A stretch of DNA of 64,000 nt, taken from positions 490 to 64,489 of the forward strand of contig JAVFAR010000003.1 of NCBI GenBank assembly GCA_034002365.1. The letters run 5' to 3'. Of this stretch, positions 1-9,370 are shown in pieces (positions within the stretch are counted from its first letter, which is position 1; each line of letters opens with the position of its first letter). This DNA is from Trichloromonas sp. GTDB lineage: Bacteria > Desulfobacterota > Desulfuromonadia > Desulfuromonadales > Trichloromonadaceae. Both the position numbers and the translations under genes were made by a program. Under the pieces are notes generated by a model. The model was not told where the DNA came from and made no database searches. It saw only the letters and a program-made list of their open reading frames with translations.

Positions 1-2
1 CG

Positions 3-200
3 GTCATCAACCAGTCCAACACTCAAGGCGCCGCCAACATCGCCATCGGCCAGGACAACACCGCCAACATGGGCTCCACCAATATCCAAAACTCCGCCGT
101 CAAGGGCGCGGTGATCAACACCTCCAACGCTCAGGGCGCGGCCAACATCGCCATCGGCAAAGGCAACGAAGCCAATATGGGCTCGGTGAACGTGAAGTAA
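3..200 (+). CDS. 3' end (partial) of an Asn/Gly/Ala-rich repeat protein, candidate major amyloid/fibre subunit
   Basis: Not in the ORF track. The frame from nt 3 reads VINQSNTQGAANIAIGQDNTANMGSTNIQNSAVKGA-VINTSNAQGAANIAIGKGNEANMGSVNVK-stop (TAA 198-200). It has a 108-nt/36-aa imperfect repeat and GC-rich third codon positions. The gene starts before the window. Confidence 0.8.
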   Translation, partial: VINQSNTQGAANIAIGQDNTANMGSTNIQNSAVKGAVINTSNAQGAANIAIGKGNEANMGSVNVK

Positions 201-212
201 TCCGCTTGATCC

Positions 213-239
213 GCCGCCCCCGCCGAGAGCGGGGGCGGC
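213..239 (+). terminator. GC-rich hairpin after the repeat gene, no U-tract (stabilising hairpin or partial terminator)
   Basis: GCCGCCCCCGC-cgaga-GCGGGGGCGGC is a perfect 11-bp stem. A second imperfect hairpin lies at 261-294. Confidence 0.6.
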
Positions 240-310
240 ACTTGTAGTGCAACACCCGATGAGCCCGTCGATGCCCAACCGGCGTGACGGGTTCCCTTTA
301 AGAAAGGACC

Positions 311-664
311 ATGGTGATGACAGGCAAATACTGGGCCACTCTCTTTCTGCTCGTCGGTCTGCTCCTGGCCGGCACCGGTGTCGTCCTGGCGGATGACCTG
401 GATGACGGCATCGGCAAATTCACGGATGACGGCGTGGATAAATACGATGAACTGGGGGAAAAGGACCGCAACATCAGCTTTATCGTCCAGGACGCCAAAA
501 GCCGCGCCAACGTGCGCGCCCAGGCCGGACAGGAGCAAGGCATGGCCGGAACCAGCGGCGGAGGAAACATGAACAGCGTGATCATGGGCCCGGGCGGCAA
601 GGTCAGAGGGGACATCATCATCATCGACCAAAGCAGGGGTGACAAGACCCAGGTGGTTGAATAA
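311..664 (+). CDS. Secreted protein with one degenerate copy of the upstream repeat (candidate minor subunit/nucleator)
   Basis: RBS AAAGGA and Sec-type signal peptide ending VLA. The C-terminus NMNSVIMGPGGKVRGDIIIIDQSRG aligns with the repeat NMGSTNIQNSAVKGAVINTSNAQG. Confidence 0.7.
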   Translation: MVMTGKYWATLFLLVGLLLAGTGVVLADDLDDGIGKFTDDGVDKYDELGEKDRNISFIVQDAKSRANVRAQAGQEQGMAGTSGGGNMNSVIMGPGGKVRGDIIIIDQSRGDKTQVVE

Positions 665-711
665 CCGAAACCGTTCCGGTGGATCGCATACAGTGATGAA
701 GGGATAGATAG

Positions 712-2121
712 ATGGAAAGTGTTGCCCGCTCTTGTCGATTTCTGCTGTTGCCGCTTTTCCTGCTGCTGGCCGCTTGCGCCGGCCTCGATCCGGCTAATGT
801 GGACGTGCAGTTGCCAGAGTCGGCGCCTCAGGCGAAATCAACCTCCTACACCCAGGCCTTGCGCGATCTGGGGCTCATGACCGAAATTTACGGCTCTCAG
901 ATAGTCAAGATCCAGAGCAATCCCATCGGCGACAATACCGGAACTTCGGGCAGTACCGGCGGGGAAATCCCTCGGGACATCACCGAAATGATCAAAAGTT
1001 CGCTGAACTCCATCGGCGGGCAGGTGACTTTCATCCCTTACGATCCCGCCTTCATCCAGAACCAGATGGTGACCGGCTACTCCACCTTCGATAACAAGCT
1101 GATTCCCGATGTCGTCATCAGCGGCGGCATCACCGAGTTCGACCGCGGCCTGGAAACGCGCGGCAAGGGGACCGATGCCGGAGCCGAAGCCACTTTCACC
1201 AACGCTCCCGGCTGGGTTCCCTCCAAGTCGGTCAGCCTTGATTACAGCGACACGGACAAAATCGGACTGGCCCGCATCACTCTCGATTTCAACCTGCTCG
1301 ACTTTCAGACCATGGCCGGGATTCCCCGCATGAATACCACCAACAGCATGGAAGTGAGCAAGGGCATGGCCGAACGGGAAATCGGCATCACCCTCTTCGG
1401 CCCCACCTTCGGCCGCAAAGGCTCGATCAAAAAGGTTCAAGGTCGCCATGCGGCGGTACGGCTGCTGGTGGAAGCCAGCATGATGCAGATTGTCGGAAAA
1501 TACCTCAATCTCCCCTATTGGAAGCTGCTTGGCGAAGATGCCGAACCGGATCAGGTGGTCATGGATTCCATCTCCCAGGAGTTCTACCGCAGCACGGAGG
1601 CGCAACGGATCGCCAAGGCGCAGGTCTGGCTCTTCCTCATGGGCCACAACGTTCCGGTGAACGGCGTTCTCGACCAGCCGACACTGGCGGCCCTGACCGC
1701 GGTCGATTCTTCCGTCTCCATGCAGACGGCGAGCATCAGCGTTGAAACCTACGGCAAGCTTTTCCAGTCCGTCCCCATTAAACCGGCCACCCTCGGGCGA
1801 CGGAATATGCTTCTCAGCGGCGTGACTCCGCCCGCCACCCCTGTCGCCGCGCCGCCGCTGACGGCACCGACCCCGACTCCCGCCGCGGTGCAGTCCGCTC
1901 CGGCACCGACCCCGGATCCCAAACCCGCCGCGACGCCGGCTCCGGCCCCCTCGCAGCCGGCGTCGCGGACAGCTCAGGCCAGCAAAGCTGCAGCGGCTGC
2001 CGCAGCCAGTAAGCCGACACCGCCACCGGCACCGGCACCCAAAGCCGCACCGGCGACGGCCCCGGCACCAGCATCGAGCGGTGGTTCGGTCGGGCGGAAG
2101 CTCAGTGACGAGGAATGGTGA
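712..2121 (+). CDS. CsgG/HfaB-family lipoprotein with peptidoglycan-binding-like domain and Pro/Ala-rich tail
   Basis: Lipobox LAAC. CsgG-like motifs IGDNTG, ITEMIKSSL, DVVISGGITEFD, ITLDFNLLD, AVRLLVE. PG-binding-like motif QVWLFLMGH-VNGVLDQPTLAAL. About 90 aa of P/A/T-rich C-terminus. Confidence 0.72.
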   Translation: MESVARSCRFLLLPLFLLLAACAGLDPANVDVQLPESAPQAKSTSYTQALRDLGLMTEIYGSQIVKIQSNPIGDNTGTSGSTGGEIPRDITEMIKSSLNSIGGQVTFIPYDPAFIQNQMVTGYSTFDNKLIPDVVISGGITEFDRGLETRGKGTDAGAEATFTNAPGWVPSKSVSLDYSDTDKIGLARITLDFNLLDFQTMAGIPRMNTTNSMEVSKGMAEREIGITLFGPTFGRKGSIKKVQGRHAAVRLLVEASMMQIVGKYLNLPYWKLLGEDAEPDQVVMDSISQEFYRSTEAQRIAKAQVWLFLMGHNVPVNGVLDQPTLAALTAVDSSVSMQTASISVETYGKLFQSVPIKPATLGRRNMLLSGVTPPATPVAAPPLTAPTPTPAAVQSAPAPTPDPKPAATPAPAPSQPASRTAQASKAAAAAAASKPTPPPAPAPKAAPATAPAPASSGGSVGRKLSDEEW

Positions 2122-2125
2122 GAAA

Positions 2126-2434
2126 ATGCCGACCAAGGGTCAACATATTGTGGCGATCTCCCTGCTGGTCTGCGCCTTTGGTCCCGGCGCCGCCCTGGCG
2201 ACCGCCGGCAATCGTGTCATGGTCGAGGAGAGGGTGAAGGAGCTGTCCGAGCTCAATCAACAACTGCTCGAACAGGAAGAGCTTCCCCGGGACGGAAAGC
2301 TCGAACTTAAAGCCGAGGCCCGATACCTTCAGGACGGATCGATCAATCTGCAGGTTTACAGCCGAAAATTTTCCGCCATCGATGAAAAACCCATCACCTT
2401 TGACGGGCAGCAAACCAGAATGCCCGCCCAATAG
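2126..2434 (+). CDS. Hypothetical exported protein
   Basis: ATG 4 nt after the previous stop, signal-peptide-like N-terminus, operonic spacing. Confidence 0.6.
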   Translation: MPTKGQHIVAISLLVCAFGPGAALATAGNRVMVEERVKELSELNQQLLEQEELPRDGKLELKAEARYLQDGSINLQVYSRKFSAIDEKPITFDGQQTRMPAQ

Positions 2435-2445
2435 AGGAGCCTGAC

Positions 2446-3189
2446 ATGCCGAGCAAGTATCCTGGTTTTTTTCTGGCTGCGTTGTGCTGCCTGCTGCTGG
2501 TGGCACCTCCAGCCATGGCCGGCAACAAACGCATCATGAGCGTCAAGGCCGCGAAGGTCATGGCGGAACGGGCTTTGGTTGAATCGGTCTACGGGCTCAA
2601 GCTGCGGGCCGAGGAACGGGTCGAGGACATGGTTTCCGCGAGCTTCATCGGCAATACCGAATCGAAGACCGCCGCCCAGATCAAGGGGATCGTCTTCGAA
2701 GAAGTCATCTATGACGCCAACCAGGATATCGCTCAGGTGACGGCTTCGGTGAAAATGCCGAGCATCACCAACATCGACGGCCAGACGGTGAACCTCGGCA
2801 ACAAGGTCTTCCGGCGCGTCGGCTTCGCCACCTCCACCCCCAAGGCGGCCGGTCCACTCAAGGCTCTGCGGGCGGCGGAACTCGACGCCTACAAGGAACT
2901 GATCAAACAACTGGTCGGTTTCGAGCTGGAAAGCCATACCACCGTGGAAAACTTCATGTTGACTTCCGACGTGGTTAAAACCAAGGTCATGGCGACCCTC
3001 TTCATGGCGGAACTCACCGAATACGGCTGGACCCCGGAGGGGGACGGCTATGTAAAGATGCAGCTCAACCTGAAGGAAGCCTCGGAAGTTCTGGGGCAGA
3101 ACATTATCACCGACCGGGAAATCATCGACGTCGAAGGGCAGGGCGCTCAGGTTGATGATTTCACCGCCGCTAACGGCGAAAAAAGATGA
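2446..3189 (+). CDS. Exported protein with two tandem LPP20/FlgP-like domains
   Basis: RBS GAGGAG and signal peptide ending AMA. Two similar segments: KAAKVMAERALVESVYGLKLRAEERVEDM and RAAELDAYKELIKQLVGFELESHTTVENF. Confidence 0.7.
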   Translation: MPSKYPGFFLAALCCLLLVAPPAMAGNKRIMSVKAAKVMAERALVESVYGLKLRAEERVEDMVSASFIGNTESKTAAQIKGIVFEEVIYDANQDIAQVTASVKMPSITNIDGQTVNLGNKVFRRVGFATSTPKAAGPLKALRAAELDAYKELIKQLVGFELESHTTVENFMLTSDVVKTKVMATLFMAELTEYGWTPEGDGYVKMQLNLKEASEVLGQNIITDREIIDVEGQGAQVDDFTAANGEKR

Positions 3190-3515
3190 ATTCCGGAGAC
3201 CCGATGGATATTCAACCGCAAAAAGGTCGATTCAAATATTTCTGTTTGGGTTTGCTCGCCGCCTTGGCCGTGATGCTGCTGGCCGGAGCCGGAGACATCG
3301 TCGGCGCGAATAATTTCGGCCCCCCGAACTATGGCCGCTATCAGATCTCTTCCTGGAGTTCCGACTTCGGTGATAAAGGCGGCGGCTTCGGCCTGTTCAT
3401 GGCCGACACCGCGACCGGCGAGGCCAAACTGGTTTACAGCCGGGTTTTCGGCGAGGTCGGCAACGGCGATGTGAAAAAGGATGAACTGGGGAAGCCTTTC
3501 GGCAGCATCAGGTAG
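3186..3515 (+). CDS. Hypothetical membrane-anchored or exported protein
   Basis: ATGA overlap with the previous gene. Hydrophobic helix FCLGLLAALAVMLLAGAG followed by GRYQISSW and DTATGE. Confidence 0.65.
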   Translation: MNSGDPMDIQPQKGRFKYFCLGLLAALAVMLLAGAGDIVGANNFGPPNYGRYQISSWSSDFGDKGGGFGLFMADTATGEAKLVYSRVFGEVGNGDVKKDELGKPFGSIR

Positions 3516-3570
3516 TCATTGACCACGGTTGCAAGCAAATGACCACTCACACAAACCTTAAGGAGCTGCC

Positions 3571-4287
3571 ATGCGCGCTCGACATCTTAAAACGTTCCTG
3601 ATTCTTTCCTGCTCCGGATTACTGCTTCTCTCGGGACAAAGCTGGGGGGCCGTGCAGATCAACATCGGCTCGAATATCGTCAATACCGGTAACGTCAGCG
3701 GCTGCGTTGAGGGGAGCGGCTCCGCCAAGGAAGAAAGCCGCTCCCTGCCGGCCTTTCACGGATTGGATGTCGAAGGAGCCTACACCGTTCGGATCGACGT
3801 CCAAAAGGATCAGAGCGTCGAAATCTCCGCCGACGACAACCTGCTCCCCTTGATCACGACCGAAGTTCAAGACGGAATCTTGCGCGTCACCTCGAAAAAA
3901 TCGATTTGTGCCAGCGCCCCCATGGTCCTGACCATCACGGTGGAGACCCTTGACCAGATCCGCTCCAGCGGCGCCAACGAGTTTCAGGTACGAAACCTCA
4001 AGGGGGACGCCTTGGCGGTCGATCTATCCGGGTCCAGCAACATGACCCTGGATGGGACGGTGGAGGAACTGAAGGCCAAAATCGACGGAGCTTCGGGACT
4101 GGCCGCCGGGCGACTGAAGGCGAAAGAGGTTTCCGTGGCGATCAGCGGCGCCGGATCCGCCGAGGTCTATGCCGGCAAACGGCTTCAGGGGGACATCAGC
4201 GGCGTCGGCAGTATCCGTTACTCCGGGCAACCGGGGGAAGTGGTGAAAAACATCACCGGTTGGGGGGATATCACCCCCGTCGATTGA
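3571..4287 (+). CDS. DUF2807 / head-GIN-domain beta-helix exported protein
   Basis: RBS AAGGAG and signal peptide. Motifs GSG...E.R.L..F, SADDNLLPLITTEV..G.L and repeated SGA/SGS strands ending ISGVGSIRYSGQP. Confidence 0.85.
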   Translation: MRARHLKTFLILSCSGLLLLSGQSWGAVQINIGSNIVNTGNVSGCVEGSGSAKEESRSLPAFHGLDVEGAYTVRIDVQKDQSVEISADDNLLPLITTEVQDGILRVTSKKSICASAPMVLTITVETLDQIRSSGANEFQVRNLKGDALAVDLSGSSNMTLDGTVEELKAKIDGASGLAAGRLKAKEVSVAISGAGSAEVYAGKRLQGDISGVGSIRYSGQPGEVVKNITGWGDITPVD

Positions 4288-4291
4288 GTTG

Positions 4292-4324
4292 AAAAGGGCG
4301 GCTCCAAAGGAGCCGCCCTTTTTC
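4292..4324 (+). terminator. Rho-independent terminator closing the 1-4.3 kb operon
   Basis: AAAAGGGCGGCTCC-aaa-GGAGCCGCCCTTTTT. Confidence 0.85.
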
Positions 4325-4539
4325 GTATCTCACGCAGCCCTTCGCAGAAGCACACACCGTCGCCACGGCGCCTCTCTTTTTTAAATACCCGGAGACCTGC
4401 TCGACCACTCCTGATCTCATCCCTGCCAAAGGGTTGGGTCGATCATCACCGATGAAGATCAACCGGCAAAAATACCAAGAGGCCTTGCTTTATACTTATT
4501 CTTGATATATATTGTAAATCAAATTAAAGGAGGTCGACG

Positions 4540-4695
4540 ATGGATTTTCTCTGGTTTATCGGGCTTATCGTTCTGTGGTATGTCATTAACCGCTGGATTT
4601 TCCCCCGGCTGGGCGTACAAACCTGACTCTCCGATTCCTGCAGTCTTCCCGTGCGGAAGGACAAACAATCCGAAAACAAAACGGGCAGCCCTTAG
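4540..4695 (+). CDS. Small membrane protein, candidate selenoprotein (UGA at codon 29, UxxxxC); 28 aa if UGA is a stop
   Basis: Not in the ORF track. RBS AAGGAGG and possible promoter TTGCTT-N17-TATATT (4485-4513). Reads MDFLWFIGLIVLWYVINRWIFPRLGVQT-UGA(4624)-LSDSCSLPVRKDKQSENKTGSP-TAG. Hairpin at 4643-4662. Confidence 0.6.
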
Positions 4696-4711
4696 GCTGC
4701 CCGTTTTGTTT
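4674..4711. terminator. Bidirectional intrinsic terminator
   Basis: 17-bp inverted repeat AAACAAAACGGGCAGCC-ctta-GGCTGCCCGTTTTGTTT between convergent genes. Confidence 0.8.
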
Positions 4712-4729
4712 GGCACCCTTTGCGGAAGA

Positions 4730-5059
4730 TCAGCGCAAAGGGGTAGCGCAGCGTGGACAGGTCAACATGCTGGTGGAGGGCACCCTGTGCCCACAGGTCG
4801 GGCAGTTGAACCAATATTTGCAGAACTTGCACTGAGGCTCGGAAAGGCCCTGTTTCTTCTTGCACTTGGGACACTGCCGATACATCTTGCGGGATTCCAT
4901 ATACTCCTTGAAGAGCAGCCCGCATCGGGGACAGACCTCCACCCCCGGCTTACCGATTTCAGCACCACAACCCGGCGCCGGGCAAAGAAATACCGTCTTG
5001 CATGCCTTGCACCAGTACTTGCCTTTTTGTTCTTCCTTGCACACCGGACATTTTTCCAT
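4730..5059 (-). CDS. Poly-zinc-ribbon (double-zinc-ribbon-like) protein, 109 aa
   Basis: Start MEKCPVC with RBS AGAGG. Eight Cys pairs: CPVC, CKAC, CPAPGC, CPRC, CPKC, CKFC, CPTC, CPRC. Confidence 0.8.
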   Translation of the reverse strand: MEKCPVCKEEQKGKYWCKACKTVFLCPAPGCGAEIGKPGVEVCPRCGLLFKEYMESRKMYRQCPKCKKKQGLSEPQCKFCKYWFNCPTCGHRVPSTSMLTCPRCATPLR

Positions 5060-5257
5060 AAAACCTCTCTTCTTCCCTTTCCGGGCAATAACAAACGCGG
5101 GAACACCTGACCGCGGCATTCCCGGGAACCGGTTTTCGGCCCGAACACGACATCGGGAGCGAATAAGTTCTTCAGGGTGCGGAGCAGGCCTGGGAGTTAG
5201 GCCACGGGAGGGGGAGCCGGAACGCCGGACCACCCCGGCGCTCCGGCTGGAGGGAAA

Positions 5258-5761
5258 TCAGTCGATCTTCTTGAAAGCGCTCTTCGCGGCGTTGCAGACC
5301 GGACAGGAACCGGCGGGCTCGCCTTCGTGGGTATGGCCGCAAACCTGGCAGACATAGTAGTCCACGGCCTCGTTGCGCCCCAGGTTGTCGAGGGCCTTCT
5401 GATAGAGCGCGGCATGCTCCTGCTCGACGGCATTGGCGAACTTGAAGTTGCGCAGGGCCGCCTGCTCCCCTTCCGCCTCGGCTTCGGCGATCATCCGCGG
5501 ATACATGCTGGTGAATTCGTGGGTTTCCCCGCCGATGGCGGTGCGCAGGTTTTCCGCCGTGTCGTTAATGCCGCCCATGGTCCGCAAATGGGCATGGGCA
5601 TGGACGGTCTCGGCATCGGCCGCCGCCCGAAAGAGCTTGGCCACCTGCAATAGACCTTCCTGCTCGGCTTTTTTCGCGAAAGCCAGATAGGTACGGTTGG
5701 CCTGGGCTTCCCCGGCGAAGGCTTCCTGAAGATTTTTACGGGTTTTGCTTGCTTCGGTCAT
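5258..5761 (-). CDS. rbr: Rubrerythrin
   Basis: Di-iron motifs NLQEAFAGEAQA, ETVHA, GETHE, EQEH and rubredoxin-like CQVCG...CPVC. Upstream TTGACA-N16-TAAAAT (5881-5854). Confidence 0.92.
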   Translation of the reverse strand: MTEASKTRKNLQEAFAGEAQANRTYLAFAKKAEQEGLLQVAKLFRAAADAETVHAHAHLRTMGGINDTAENLRTAIGGETHEFTSMYPRMIAEAEAEGEQAALRNFKFANAVEQEHAALYQKALDNLGRNEAVDYYVCQVCGHTHEGEPAGSCPVCNAAKSAFKKID

Positions 5762-6006
5762 TCCGTTACTCCCTGATTGGATGGGTTGAGTCTTTTTCAT
5801 GTTCCCGCTATCGGCGCTTGCGCCCGGGAACTTCGTCATGTTCACAGACTTGAATTTTAACCGGCCCAGGTTTTCTGTCAATCGAAACGGAGCTCCGCCA
5901 CAGGGGCCAGGCCGCCTTTTGCTTGCTTCACTTGGAAAAAGGGCTTAGCATTAATCGCTCGCATCCTCGACGATCAACTCCCCTTTCCCGATCAGGAGAC
6001 GGCTCG

Positions 6007-6453
6007 ATGAACGATTACCGGGTGGAGAAAATCGAACTTCCCGTCACCCTCTTTCTCGCCGACGGCGTCGTGCATGAAGGAATCCTCTTCCTCAGCCCCT
6101 TCAGCCCGTCCCACAGCGGTCCGCAGCGGAGGGTGGAGATGTTTCGCGAGACGGATGTCTTCTTCCCCTTCAGGGACAAAAACGGCCGCTTCGCCCTGGT
6201 CAATAAAAGCTCCATCACCCATGTCCGGTACCCGCTTCAGGACGAAGACACGGATTTCGGCGACCGCAACCGCGTGCGCCTGACCTTCTACGGCGGCGAG
6301 CTGCTGGAAGGGGAAATCACCATCGCCATGCCCGCCGGGAAAAGCCGCCTGCAGGATTACGTCAATTCTACCCCCGGCTTTTTCTGCCTGTACAGTCACG
6401 ACGCCCACTATATCGTCAACGGCGACCTGATCCGGGAAATCTCCCCCGCCTGA
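6007..6453 (+). CDS. Hypothetical protein with internal duplication
   Basis: RBS AGGAG before ATG 6007. Two similar halves: VTLFLADGVVHEG...FF and VRLTFYGGELLEG...FF. Confidence 0.7.
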   Translation: MNDYRVEKIELPVTLFLADGVVHEGILFLSPFSPSHSGPQRRVEMFRETDVFFPFRDKNGRFALVNKSSITHVRYPLQDEDTDFGDRNRVRLTFYGGELLEGEITIAMPAGKSRLQDYVNSTPGFFCLYSHDAHYIVNGDLIREISPA

Positions 6454-6457
6454 ACCC

Positions 6458-9337
<2,880 letters not shown>

Positions 9338-9344
9338 GAAAACC

Positions 9345-9370
9345 GGTGATTGGTAATTGGTGATTGGTTA
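9345..9370. repeat. Heptamer tandem repeat (GGTRATT)x3.7
   Basis: GGTGATT GGTAATT GGTGATT GGTTA fills the pdxA-uvrA spacer. Confidence 0.7.

Noticed and set aside
131-645. Minus-strand ORFs 131-631 and 298-645
   Set aside because: They are antisense to better-supported plus-strand genes that have an RBS and signal peptide.
1825-2085. GC-rich quasi-repeats as a CRISPR array or VNTR
   Set aside because: They are explained by Pro/Ala low-complexity coding. There are no constant repeats with spacers, and no CRISPR, rRNA or tRNA was seen in the window.
3-2121. Calling the locus canonical csgA/csgB/csgG or fap
   Set aside because: The repeat length and consensus differ from curlin, and no CsgE/CsgF or FapF/FapD-like genes are visible, so gene symbols were withheld.
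4502-5110. 202-aa plus-strand ORF
   Set aside because: It crosses a strong terminator and the zinc-ribbon gene. The RBS supports the small ORF at 4540 instead.
5060-5257. Possible riboswitch upstream of the zinc-ribbon gene
   Set aside because: Only a GC hairpin after rbr is visible, with no recognisable aptamer consensus. An Rfam scan would settle it.
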